Assembly: GCA_964016885.1 (NCBI GenBank)
Contig: OZ024740.1
Location: 63,488,001 to 63,552,000 of the forward strand
DNA length: 64,000 nt
Source: Eledone cirrhosa
Taxonomy: Eukaryota
Reading direction: 5' to 3'
Below are positions 42,141 to 55,670 of this stretch, one piece after another; the first letter of the stretch is position 1; every line of letters starts with the position of its first letter. The position numbers and the translations under genes were made by a program. Below the pieces are notes generated by a model. The model did no database searches. It was not told where the DNA came from and was given only the letters and a program-made list of their open reading frames with translations.

Positions 42141-43139
42141 TTTACAATAGTTGCAGTAAATGTAGGCTATATTTGCAATAGTTGTAGTAAATGTAGACTA
42201 TATTTACAATAGTTGTAGTAAATGTAGGCTATATTTGCAATAGTTGTAGTAAATGTAGACTATATTTACAATAGTTGTAGTAAATGTAGGCTATATTTAC
42301 AATAGTTGTAGTAAATGTAGGCTATATTTACAATAGTTGTAGTAAATGTAGACTATATTTACAATAGTTGTAGTAAATGTAGGCTATATTTACAATAGTT
42401 GTAGTAAATGTAGACTATATTTACAATAGTTGTAGTAAATGTAGGCTATATTTACAATAGTTGTAGTAAATGTAGGCTATATTTACAATAGTTGCAGTAA
42501 ATGTAGACTATATTTACAATAGTTGTAGTAAATGTAGGCTATATTTACAATAGTTGTAGTAAATGTAGGCTATATTTACAATAGTTGCAGTAAATGTAGG
42601 CTATATTTACAATAGTTGCAGTAAATGTAGACTATATTTACAATAGTTGTAGTAAATGTAGGCTATATTTACAATAGTTGTAGTAAATGTAGGCTATATT
42701 TACAATAGTTGCAGTAAATGTAGACTATATTTACAATAGTTGTAGTAAATGTAGGCTATATTTACAATAGTTGCAGTAAATGTAGGCTATATTTACAATA
42801 GTTGCAGTAAATGTAGACTATATTTACAATAGTTGCAGTAAATTTAGGCTATATTTACAATAGTTGTAGTAAATGTAGGCTATATTTACAATAGTTGTAG
42901 TAAATGTAGACTATATTTACAATAGTTGCAGTAAATGTAGGCTATATTTACAATAGTTGCAGCAAATGTAGGCTATATTTACAATAGTTGTAGTAAATGT
43001 AGGCTATATTTACAATAGTTGTAGTAAATGTAGACTATATTTACAATAGTTGCAGCAAATGTAGGCTATATTTACAATAGTTGTAGTAAATGTAGGCTAT
43101 ATTTACAATAGTTGTAGTAAATGTAGGCTATATTTGCAA
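42141..43139. repeat. 31-bp minisatellite, ~32 copies
   Basis: Unit tttacaatagttg(t/c)agtaaatgtag(g/a)ctata. Confidence 0.97.
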
Positions 43140-43899
43140 GTGCTCTGATCCTTTAGAAAAAAATACGCACCCTGTAAAGCACTGATCAATTTTTTAAAAC
43201 GAAGCAATATTCTTATGATCTTCCTTCGATTTCGTTGTTGCTCTTTGTCATCATTATTTCACGTTACTTCAGATCATCCAATTGGAAAACATTAGTTATC
43301 ACGTCACTGGTCACAAGCTGTATCGGCCTTTGCATTTCCCTTGGACAATATCGGTGGCATTGAGAGGAGAGACTGGTATACATGGGTGACTGATGGTTTC
43401 CACAAAAATACCTTACCCGGGTTTGTGTCTCCTAGAGGAACTTTCTATGTGAAAACCCATGATCAAATGTATTCAAGACATGTTCATCGAGTTATGTTTC
43501 GAGAAGAGTGTACTCATGATTACATTACCAAATATGTCATTTTCTATGACATTACAGTGTGGTTTGAGAGATATTTTACTGCCATTTGGGCTCATTGTAT
43601 ACAAGAATATTACATGAGGATTCGGGAGTGAGGTCATTCCACTCTTTTTATGGGCCTGGACAAAGTAACAAGAAGCTGACCCATTACTTAATCTTAAATT
43701 GGAGATCGGAATCGGTAACTTAATCAGTATTGTTTTTAGATTCCAATGTGTATCAGCTGGCTGCTGAATAGCAGTTTATCTCTCGTTAAATTCGTATCAT
43801 ACATATACATATATTCACTAAATGAGAGGATATTTTAATTCATATTGTTGGATTTTACATCGACCATAGCAGATAATATTGAGCTTAAATAATTAATAA

Positions 43900-45050
43900 A
43901 TGTTGTCAAGTTATTGCTTCAAGTCGCCATCTCATATTATCCTATCACCATGCCCTACACAACCAATAACGCATCTCCTCTTCTTTCCCACAGCCACCAG
44001 CATTATCGTCCACACAACGTATTTCCACTATCTACTTTTCCACACCAATCCATAAGGTTAACATTCCCGGTCATCAAATTATTCCTGCATAAGACTGTCT
44101 CATTCAGCTATTCTCACTCACCACATATTCATGACACTAACAACATCCTCCACATTTTTAATTCCATCTTCTCCTCTTTCTATTTTCAGTCATGGACATT
44201 AAGTCCTTCTAGACAGTGATTATCCATGACAATGAACTTCTACCCTTCAGATATGTTTTTGGTTATCGTACTACGATCAAACTCAACACCTTTAATCCCT
44301 TCCACTTCACCGAACTTGTTGCTACACTCAACTGATGCTCTTTAACGTGAGATTTGCCGGCAGAAAAATGAAATGACCATGGGCACCAGAATGGACACTA
44401 TCTATACCAACCTGATCGTTGTTTATTTTATCGGTTCCACTCCAGTTCTGTATGGTCGTTATATCGATGACTGTATTGGCGTTATCTTACCCGCCCACCA
44501 TCTTCATTAACTTCGTTGTCATCTTTCACCTAGCACTGGAATTCATTTCTACTAATTCCACCTCTTCTGTCAAATTCCTATATGTTTCCGTTTCTATTAA
44601 TATTCCAAACATTTCTATCTCTTTTTTTCTCCAAACATTTCTATCTCTTTTTTTTACTCTGATTTTACTTTATCCCACTAAATCGGTTATACCCACCTCA
44701 CAGTACCACTGGCTTTACCGTGCCACTGGCTTTACCACTGCCTGAAACCCTGAATTCGAAGGCCAGTCATCAACACTGTTTACCTTTGTACCCTAGCCAA
44801 CGCCTGCACATTCACTCTTCTGTCGCATGTCTGTCCCATCATGCATGCCTATTGTTTTTCCCACTTCCCATTCTGCTACACAACCTCTCCGGCGCACTAT
44901 CTCATGAAAGCTCCGTCTCTCTCTCTCGACGTGACTCTGGGTTTTCCCCACATCTGTTCTCAACTCCCTTCAGATGTGATCGCAATTCGAGCAACCTCCT
45001 TATTCATAGTTCCTTCTGCTCCCACATCAAATTAAACACCTTTCGTGCTT
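43900..45050 (+). mobile_element. Highly decayed Penelope-like RT (Neptune/Poseidon type)
   Basis: Remnants MTMGTRM..IYTNL, LYGRYIDDCIG, FINFV..FHLALEF, SVKFL.VSVSI, PFRCDRNSSNLLIHS (compare RRDRNL.D.LVHS). Confidence 0.7.
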
Positions 45051-45169
45051 GCATCTACTGAATAGCACTTCATTCACAAATAAGTACCCATACATAATAT
45101 AAGTAAATATAGATACACAAATTCACGATGCATATTGTTATATTTGATTCTTTGATGCACTAAACACAA

Positions 45170-45229
<60 letters not shown>

Positions 45230-45455
45230 AGGCTATCAGAAGCGGACTGGCCAGATGGATATTTGGACAATGATCCGTGGTACGCTGAGCTGGGGGGAAA
45301 ATAAATAAATAAATAAGAAACATCCGAAGTTAGCAGTCTGGCGCCTATGGATTATGTCAAATGATTACAGTGACCGATGACAAATATTAGTATGTCAAAG
45401 AATTCTGGGAAAATTACATTATGCAAGTATTAAACAATATTAAAGATGCCTGAAG

Positions 45456-45680
45456 AGTGATGGATTGGCAGAATTGGTAGACCATCGGTTAAATTGCCGT
45501 TGTTGTATTCATTCTGACTTTTTACAGTCTAAGCCTGAATTCCACCATGTCAACTTTTCCTTTCATCCTTCTGAGATCGATAAAATATAGTACCAGTCAA
45601 GTACTGGAGTTGATTTAATGAACCTTCCACCCACTCAATAAAAACATCGCTGACCTTGTGTCAAAATTAGAAATCAATAT
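45456..45680 (+). mobile_element. Nin/Deu-like tRNA SINE (diverged)
   Basis: ttggcagaattggtaga head and cctttcatccttctgagatcgataaaatatagtaccagtc. Confidence 0.75.
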
Positions 45681-46983
45681 TTAAAATGCATGGGAAGAAG
45701 TTAAGCATACATGATTTATTGGTGTTTGGACCAAATTGTGTCCAAATGTATTTAAGTAAGGTCATAAGATAACAAATGAAACACTTTCATGCATGCAGTA
45801 ATTACCAAATAGCGCAGTAAGTAGATGCAAATGTTATATAGGATTTACTGCATGCTGATAGCGAGAGCCCTACTTATCAAGACTTTATGGAGTTTACATA
45901 CAGAACTGCAAATATCAAGTTCAGATAGTGTAGAAGTGATTCTTCTATAATCGGTTTTAACAAGAGAGGTGTTATCTACAAACTTTAGTGAAATTACTTG
46001 TACTTTAAAGTGATTTTCAGAAGAACATTATTCATATAGTATAAAATATAAATACATATAAACAAAGAATCAATCGAATTCGAACGGCGTTGAGCAAATT
46101 TTAAATTTTGAAAGTGTGTTAGTTTAATTTAAGCTGCTTCAACGTAAGTTTTTCTTTTTAATTATGAAAATACTCGTACAAGTTGGGCATCTAATCCCTT
46201 AGAGACGGAAAAAATGGAGAGTAGAACTTGGGACTCTAATTCACACTTGCCGTAATGGTAGCTCAGTTGTCCGTTATACTACAGGCGTGAGTTCCATTCC
46301 TACATGGGATGCTGTCCCCTTTTCCATCTCTAGGGGGCTTATATAACCAACTTTTTCTACTATTTGAATAGTTTTTAAAACATGTGAAGCAGCTTATATT
46401 AATCTAAAAGACTTCCAAAAGGTAAACATCTGTAAATGTTATACTGAATTGTTGCAAGGGAGAATTAAAAGATCGTAAAAAGATGGTAAATCAGATATCA
46501 ATTGATGTCCACCCTCTTTTTTTATATATGAGTAAAACTCTAACCGTCAAAAACAGTAGTGCCATATTCATATGTTATTTTCTCTTATTCATATTTGTTA
46601 CGTAAACTAAAAGTAAGGTTCTGTTTATGCTGTATTGAATTACATATTCATTCAAAGGATTTTTTCTATAAGGTTTGTGTATATATTTTGATTGAATTAC
46701 ATGTAATTTTGTTCAAAAGGCATCTTCTATATATTTATGAGGCATTGTAAGTTCGCTGTACTTTAACTAAATGCACATTTATTTCAATAAATGAAAGAAT
46801 TTATCCGCATAGAAAATTTTTTTATTTTTTGATAAGGAGGATTCTGGTAGCGAAATAATAAAACGCGGAACAAAAAATTACTTAATTGTGATATTGAGGT
46901 ACAGAAAAAATGTACACACCTGTACCAGCACACACACTTACACACGAATACATACACACATATATAGGTATATATCTATATAG

Positions 46984-47047
<64 letters not shown>

Positions 47048-47096
47048 TATATATATTGAATTCACAACAATCAAAGTTATGTATAAAACATTTATT

Positions 47097-47143
47097 CGCT
47101 GACAATTGTTTCTTCCAAATCTAGGCTTGGAGTCTTCGGAGCA
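47097..47143 (-). ncRNA. Minimal type-I hammerhead ribozyme motif in the PLE pseudo-LTR (core CCGAAGA variant)
   Basis: Minus strand: tgct-CCGAAGA-ctccaa gcctagat ttggaa-GAAA-caattg-TC-agcg. Palindromic stem III and GUC cleavage site. Confidence 0.75.
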
Positions 47144-47746
47144 TTTTTAATGTTTGTACACACAATTGACCTCCTACTCAACCGGAGAAGCATACAGATA
47201 CATATATATATAGTGATGTTGTGTACAACAGTTTCATGTTTACAGCGTAGAATGGATGCAACATATATTATATTATACTATATTTGTACAATTAAAATCA
47301 AAATTAAATTTAAAAACAAGATTAAAAGCATAGGTTGGAATACATGCGACAGATAATATAGATAATATAAGAGAATAGTCAAATAATTAAATTAAAGAGT
47401 TAGTATATGCGTTAGTCATATATAAAGGGATGGAACAAGCAGATGTATCATGTATATATGAGTACTGTATGGCAAGGTATTACATGAAATACAAGCACTT
47501 TAAGCGAATATGTTAGTGCGTTATGGTGGTTGCAATGCGAGGATATTTTCTGTATAGTTCAAATTTGTATGTGTGCAGAAAAAGAAAGTTACAGTTTTCA
47601 CATCCATAAGTTACGATATATTTGTATTGAATGTTTGTTATAGTAGTGGATTGTAATGTATTGTAACTTAGAGTTATTTAATCCATATTTATAGACTAGG
47701 TTCTTTCAGCTGCGAGAATTTACAGCGGTTTAATACCCGGAAGTAG

Positions 47747-49575
47747 GTAAAACTAGTTAAGAACATTAAATACAAAAAGCATCGTAATAGAAACAACACC
47801 TTAAACAAACTTAACTCCTCTATAAAAGGATCCAATATAAGTAGTAAAATTATTGTACATGCAGATAAAACTAATAACATATATAGCCTAGATTATGATA
47901 CATATAGAAAGTTCATACATAAAGAACTACACAGGAGCTATAAGAAAACTACTATTAAAAACCTAGAAGATATTAATTTGGAAGGCCGTAATATAGTGTC
48001 TAAATTGGGACTTCAGAGGCATACACAACCATACACCCCTAACCCCCCAAGATTCTCTCTGAAGGACCATAAGGAAGATTTCATTAGTAACCGTTCGATA
48101 AGACTAATCTGCACTTCCAAATATGACATTGGCATTATCAGTAAGAAAATTTTAGATAAAATCATCCCACAGATTAAGCACAAAATATACCTTAAACAGT
48201 GGGGAAACATAGGTGAAGTTATTGAATGGTTTAGGGATATTAAAGAGAACAAAAATAAAAAAATTATACAGTTTGATATCAATTCATACTACACCTCTAT
48301 TTCCCCTATCCTATTAAATAAGGCACTCATTATGGCCATGAACAATAGTGACCGGACTAAATCCCAGATTGATGTCATACTTAGGGCCCGTAAAACTATA
48401 ATTGCATTTGAAGATCAGTTATGGACCCGCAAGGATACGCATAACAACTTTGACATAACTATGGGATCTAGTGACTCGGCGCAGGTCACTGATTTGGTGG
48501 GCCTATATCTACTAAATGAAATCCACAAGGACCTACCATACCTCAATGGTGGTTTATACCGCGATGATGCACTACTCCTTATAGACTATAAAAAATTTAA
48601 TATAGAAAGAACTAGGAAACTATTACATAAAACTTTCAAAAACTATAACTTAAGTATCACCATAGACAAAAACACTAAAAATGTTAACTTCCTTGATGCT
48701 ACCCTTTACCTAGACTCTAAAATATATACACCCTTTCATAAACCTAACGAAAAACTAATTTATGTAGATACCAAGTCTAACCACCCTAGATCCATATTAA
48801 ACTCAATCACTAAAGGAATATCTAATAGAATCTCTAATCTATCTTATAACGAAACCATATTTAGCAATAATTCACAATACTATAATCAGGCATTAGCTGA
48901 ATCAGGCCATAATAATGGAATTGAGTTCCTACCTATAAAATCACATAGTTACAACATTATTTCTCACAATATGGTCACGAGGAAAAATAGTAATAAGAAT
49001 AATAACCACACTTACACTAATACGAATAATAGTAATAACACTAATGAAATCAATGACATTAGGAACAACAACCATCATAGCCCTAATGCAATACCTAGCA
49101 ACCAGAATTCTACACAACATAATAACCGACAAGATAACATCCAAAATAAATGTAACTGTAGATCAAATAGAACCTGCCCTTTAGGTAACAACTGCTTAAT
49201 CACGGACATCATTTACTCATGCACGGTCAACACTAACAACTCTTCTGAAACCTATATAGGCTCTACTTCGAACTGCTTCAAGACGAGATACAACTCACAC
49301 CTCCATTCTTTCAAAAACACAACCTAGCCAACTCCACTTCACTATTCAGCTACATAAACTATCTGAAAACTAGGAATAGATCATATACACTTCAATGGGA
49401 AGTGGTAGGTAGGGCTGCATCGTATAAACCTCCTAATAAATTTTGTAACCTCTGTCTACTAGAGACCCATACTATAATCTTTTCGAATCTTAACCGCAAT
49501 AAAAAATCGGAAGTGTTTGCATCGTGCCAACACCGCTTCCGATACTCTTTCCAAAACTTTAAACCTAGTATATAA
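47747..49575 (+). pseudogene. PLE reverse transcriptase plus GIY-YIG endonuclease, 5'-truncated, frameshift near 49322
   Basis: Frame open from 47747 (ADKT), QFDINSYY, FDITMGSSD, GLYRDDA, FLDA, SNHP, Asn-rich linker, CNCx5C, IIY..YIGST..RY..H. Continues in another frame as CNLC..E..CQHR to TAA at 49575. Confidence 0.92.
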
Positions 49576-51019
49576 CAATGTCAGATTTGAACTCATCACC
49601 ACCATTAACACCTCACCTCTAGGTCTTGCCTTCCACCACTACATCACACTCTCTGATCCACCCTTTCCTCTACACAAATCATTTTATTTATAACTTTATA
49701 CTCTAGAAATATCCTTATAATCACCACCTTTTAATATAATTACTTTAGATCACTTATAATTATATAGTGATTGAAATATAATACAGTTTATATAAACTTT
49801 AAATATTAGATGCAACAATGAATTATATATACATTTATAATTAAATGTATAGATTAATAACATTGTATATAAGGGATGAATTTATTTACTCAAGAGATGT
49901 ATCTAATTTATCATGCAAACAGCTGTACGTTATTCCATAGCTTACCAAATGTTGGGTAGACAAAAATCTAATTGGACCTTTAATATGTTTTGAGAGTAGA
50001 CTGTGTTTAAGGTTATTTTGATATAAATATATAGCACTTTGTAAGGGAAATTCAATTATGGCACTATATAATATTGGGTAGACAACTTTCTATTAAAATC
50101 TTTAATATATTATGAGAGAGTAGACTGTATTTAAGAATAAATATAAATATATAACTTTTTATATAAGGGACTCAATTGTGACACCATACAATGTCTATTA
50201 GAGCAATGAATTTAATCATTATAATGAGCTAGTTACCTCCCCTTACGCATTAGCTCCCCTTAATTACATACCCACTTCGGGGTATTAAACCGCTGTAAAT
50301 TCTCGCAGCTGAAAGAACCTAGTCTATAAATATGGATTAAATAACTCTAAGTTACAATACATTACAATCCACTACTATAACAAACATTCAATACAAATAT
50401 ATCGTAATTTATGGATGTGAAAACTGTAACTTTCTTTTTCTGCACACATACAAATTTGAACTATACAGAAAATATCCTTGCATTGCAACCACCATAATAC
50501 ACTAACATATTCGCTTAAAGTGCTTGTATTTCATGTAATACCTTGCCATACAGTACTCATATATACATGATACATCTGCTTGTTCCATCCCTTTATATAT
50601 GACTAAGGCATATAATATCTCTTTAATTTAATTATTTGACTATTCTCTTATTTTATCTGTCGCATGTATCCAACCTATGCTTTTAAATTTAATTTTGATT
50701 TTAATTGTACAAATATAGTATAATATAATATATGTTGCATCCATTCTACGCTGTAAACATGAAACTGTTGTACACAACATCACTATATATATATATGTAT
50801 AGATTTGGAAGAAACAATTGTCAGCGAATAAATGTTTTATACATAACTTTGATTTTTGTGAATTCAATATTACTGCTCTGTAAAACAATTGATGTTCTTA
50901 CATTGAACTATTTATCTTATTGGTAATAAGGTAGTAATAAATTACTGACCTTCCCTGTTTATAGTATAATATATACATAACTATAAATAGTATCCTTAAT
51001 ATTATACAGTATATATATA

Positions 51020-51649
51020 CATTTTTCGCTCTACATGGCTGAATACAATAAATGTAATCTGAGTTTTTCGAATATTAATAATAATATTCGATTCGTTTGC
51101 AATTATGCAAACAAGCCTCATTTTTAAAGCCATGTCAGTAAAATCAATCTCTCATTTTTGCTCTTGTGTTGGCATGTAAACAGAGCTGCAAACACTAATG
51201 TTTCTGGGTATCACCCTTCATAAGTACAGCTCACTGTTCACCTGCCAACTGTCAGAGCTAGTGAAAATATATGCTATTTTCTAAAATATACATTGACTGA
51301 TCGGCCTGATTTGCATATTAGCAGACTGGCTGATCAGTCAGATCTGCATATTAGCAGATCCACTGATCAGCCAGACTTGCATATCAGCAGACTGGCCAGT
51401 CAGTTTCCTGTTTACGAGCGATAAATGGCTAGCTTTGCCACATTAAAATAAAAAAAAAATTTCGCTCTACATTGCTGAATACAATAAATGTAATCTGAGT
51501 TTTTCTTCGTTTGCAATTATGCAAACAAGCCTCATTTTTAAAGTCATGTCATTAGTATGAACCCTTCATTCTTGCTTTTGTGTTGGCATGTAAAAATGAG
51601 GCTTGTTTGCATAATTGCCAACGAATCGAATGTTATTATTAACTCAGAT

Positions 51650-51653
<4 letters not shown>
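51020..51653. repeat. Duplicated segment with fold-back (MITE-like) and an internal ~33-bp x3 repeat
   Basis: 51023-51180 recurs at 51460-51593. 51487-51539 is inverted relative to 51592-51653. actgatc..gcatat(t/c)agcag occurs three times at 51296-51392. Confidence 0.7.
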
Positions 51654-51707
<54 letters not shown>

Positions 51708-51866
51708 GAATTCCAACTTTGTCTGATATTTACTCGTTTTATTTACAATCCTTTAAAATTATAATGATATTATAATGAAATAGTATGGTGGAATATTAAA
51801 TGTTAAGTGTTAATTGAACAAGTACTTTCATGCTTTCACAATCTTCAGGTTCATATTCAGTGGTAT

Positions 51867-51952
<86 letters not shown>

Positions 51953-52186
51953 AACACTTACACACGAATACATATACTTAAACACTCACACATACACATT
52001 TATATAGGTATATATTTACATAGTTTCATATACACACACATACACACGCACACACACATATATATACATGTGTGTGTGAGTGTTTATGTGTATGTATTCG
52101 TGAGTATATATATATGAAGCTATGTAGATATATACCTACATATGTGTGTATGTGTGAGTGTTTATGGGTATGTATTCGTGTGTATG

Positions 52187-52223
<37 letters not shown>

Positions 52224-52619
52224 TATAATACATGTATATATATATATATGTGTGTGTATTATAACACACACACACACGCACACACACATATATATATATG
52301 TGTGTGTGTTATATAATACACATATATATATATACATATATACATGTATACACCACATACACACATACAATACATATAATTAGGATGTGTGCTCCAGCAT
52401 AGCTGTATACATGCATGTATGTTAAGTTTGTATGTCGATTAATATACGATATGTTTACGAATATGCATTCGAAAGCCTTTAGCTATGATTATTAAAAAGT
52501 ATCACTGAAGCCATCTACCTTGTTCCAGCAGTATATCATTCGACATATTAACTATACATAGGTATGTATACAGCTATGTTGGAACGAACAACCTAATTCT
52601 ATTTCTTATTCAGGCGAAG

Positions 52620-53300
52620 CCAACCTAAAGCTTCGTATGCAAAGGATGCTAATCAGTACCACTGTACGATAAACTGCAACTTTCGTTTTCAAGGATATAC
52701 GTCTGATACCCCGTAGACGATGATGTAATTTGCCAAAGGCGTCAGTTGTTCTAGAGATGCGATTGACGATCTCATCATCCAGAGATGCAGAACGGTTTAC
52801 TTTATCACCAACAGTGATGGGAACACGGGGATGCCCGTGCCTCGGTTGTCCTTGTCCAACATCTACTTGTCTGGGGGTAGTTGGCCTTAGTTGACAATGC
52901 TATTTGTTAAACCAAATAATTTACAGGCAAAAGTGGTTCATTAGTTCTTGTGCCTCTTCGAAGGATGTTACAACAAGTACAGCAGCAGCAGCAGCAAACA
53001 GTAAATCACAAATAACACTTGTTCGTGTGTTTTGGCCTTCAAGCGCTGATGTTTGAATAACCCACTTGATATATAGAATTCAAATCTGACATCAGTGTCT
53101 AAATCGCCAAACGTATACTGGGGCATTATAGAGAAGAACAAAGCAAAGAGAACAGGATCCACGACACAACCCTGCTTCGTACCGTTTGTGACACCAAAGA
53201 GTTCAGTGTGTTCGTCAACTGATATAATTGCTCTCATGTCCTCATGATAAGACATGGTAAGGTTCAGCATATTGTTGTACTTTGAGAGGATTTTACTGAC
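52620..53300 (-). mobile_element. Decayed RTE/BovB-like RT fragment
   Basis: Minus ORF HEDMRA..FGVTNGTKQGCVVDPVLFALFFS; downstream SLDDEIVNRISRTTDAFGKL. Confidence 0.8.
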
Positions 53301-53570
53301 ATTAAAACACAAGCAAGCAGTGATTCTATTTCACTTTAGTGTAATTATAAATTAATTATATAATTAGTTCCTTAATGGATTGATTAATTGATTGGTTAGA
53401 CAAGGTACTTTTGTTGCGTCCTGTGACCTTTTCGGTGATGATGCACCTTCTTTATGCAGTATTATTGGCTTCAAGACAGCCTACGGCTACATCTATTTCA
53501 ACACATGGTTTTACATCAAGAATCTTGGTAAACAAATGCTCACACACACACGCACACACACACGCACGCG

Positions 53571-53640
<70 letters not shown>

Positions 53641-53953
53641 CCCCCCCCACACACACACACAGTTTAATGGATTGTAAGTTTATATTACTATTGGTTCACC
53701 AAATTGAGCCCTCGATGCACAGGTGGGTCCGTTTAAGTATAAGTACATGGTGTTGTACATATTTTATACTAAGGAAACCAAGAGTGATAAGCTATTGATT
53801 CCTGAGTCGGGACCGATCGATACGGATAGCACCTTGAGGTGATCAATCGCGCAACACGCGTGACACCTGAATAAACTTAATAATGATACATTCATACATT
53901 CACACCTCGTTGCTACTTACTATATATATATATACATACACACACATATATAC

Positions 53954-54015
<62 letters not shown>

Positions 54016-54018
<3 letters not shown>

Positions 54019-54095
54019 AAAAAGTATGACCCCGACGGCAGAGCTCAAGCCGTTTCGACGGCTATTTCTGGACCAGAAATAGCCGTCGAAACGGC
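54016..54095 (-). repeat. Short insert in (TA)n with a 23-bp-arm palindrome and the 3' half of a hammerhead
   Basis: Arms 54049-54071 and 54073-54095. Minus strand gccgtc-GAAA-cggc ttgagctct gccg-TC-gggg. Same family as 61025-61085. Confidence 0.7.
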
Positions 54096-54208
54096 ATATA
54101 TATGTATATATGTATATATGTATATATTTCTGTATATATTATATATGTATATATGTATATATATATACTTATATATATATATATATATATACATATATAT
54201 ACATATAT

Positions 54209-54252
<44 letters not shown>

Positions 54253-54268
54253 ATATATATATACATGC

Positions 54269-54362
<94 letters not shown>

Positions 54363-54497
54363 ATATATATATACATGTATATATATATATAAGTATATGC
54401 ATGTATATATAAGTATATACATGTATATATATATATAAGTATATGCATGTATATATAAGTATATGCATGTATATATATATATGTATGTATATATATG

Positions 54498-54525
<28 letters not shown>

Positions 54526-54529
<4 letters not shown>

Positions 54530-55098
54530 TGTTGGTAAACGGAATAGAAAATGCTGACAAATTGTTCACAGTGAAAAATAGTTTAATTAGGAATAAGTGA
54601 GAATTAGTAATAGTATTGGTTAGTATTCAGTTTTGGTTTTAAGTTTTACCGGTTGCGCATTTCTAATGCTTTTCAAAAATAATTTTGAGATAGAGCGTCC
54701 GTGATGTTTGCTCTGATCTGATTAGTTTTGGGAATTCTACCTGTTTTTATGTTAAAAAAGTGGCTCCATCCGTGATGTTTGCTCTGATCTGATTAGTTTT
54801 GGGAATTCTACCTGTTTTTATGTTAAAAAAGTGGCTCCAGCGGTATTAAATACCGTTGGAGCCAGTTTTTTAACATAAAAACAGGTAGAATTCCCAAAAC
54901 TAATCAGATCAGAGCAAACATCACGGACGCTCTATCTCAAAATTATTTTTGAAAAGCATTAGAAATGCGCAACCGGTAAAACTTAAAACCAAAACTGAAT
55001 ACTAACCAATACTATTACTAATTCTCACTTATTCCTAATTAAACTATTTTTCACTGTGAACAATTTGTCAGCATTTTTTATTCCTTTTTCCAATATAT
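54526..55098. repeat. Long fold-back palindrome in (TA)n, centre 54848; left arm carries a 71-bp tandem duplication
   Basis: Arms are near-perfect reverse complements. 54698-54768 is duplicated at 54769-54839 in the left arm only. A ~35-bp unpaired tail follows the right arm. Confidence 0.95.
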
Positions 55099-55145
55099 AA
55101 TAACTTGTGTGTTACACCTCTATTCTTTTAAATATATATATATGT

Positions 55146-55211
<66 letters not shown>

Positions 55212-55484
55212 AGTAGACGATGAAACTGATGTGTTTGTGTATTCTTATATCATAATTTTCTTTTTAAATATTGCAGTTTTGTATGGATGAAAAGAAAGAA
55301 AATATATAAGCCTAGAAATGTATGGAATCGACCAATAATATAACTTTAGACTATACATAGAAGAATTGTGACTGTTAAAGAAATCCAGATACTAAACATC
55401 GCCATGTATTACAAGAGACATAGAAATCAGTGAAAACAGCGTGTCACTAGATATCATGATACACTACAGGCACAACATCAGTAA

Positions 55485-55670
55485 ATAACTGTTTCTACAT
55501 TTGGCACAAGGCCAGTAATTACACCAGTGCATTACGGGTACTTTATTTTATCGACCCCGTAAACATGAAAGGCAAAGTTAACCTCGGCGGGATTTGAACT
55601 CAGAATGGCAAGGGCCGTAACTCTATGCGCAAAGCATGGCGTCCGACCCTCTACCGATACTGCCAATCCA
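55485..55670 (-). mobile_element. Nin/Deu-like tRNA SINE
   Basis: Near-identical to 37746-37930. Confidence 0.85.

Larger units (their letters stand above)
47053..51002 (+). mobile_element. 5'-truncated Naiad-type Penelope-like element with an inverted upstream pseudo-LTR
   Basis: Inverted repeats at 47053-47749 and 50269-50870 enclose an RT plus GIY-YIG ORF, followed by a ~130-bp 3' extension. Possible TSD tatacagtatatat at 47041 and 51003 (low complexity). Confidence 0.9.

Noticed and set aside
42141-43139. CRISPR-like array (31-bp unit with dyad symmetry)
   Set aside because: No unique spacers, no cas genes and a eukaryotic context.
46250-46320. tRNA gene (gtagctcagttg..gagttccattcc)
   Set aside because: No cloverleaf; at most a decayed SINE head.
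53751-53924. Solo LTR or hammerhead (tgttg start, aataaac, cacgcgtg palindrome)
   Set aside because: No CA end, no TSD and no CUGANGA/GAAA core, so support is insufficient.
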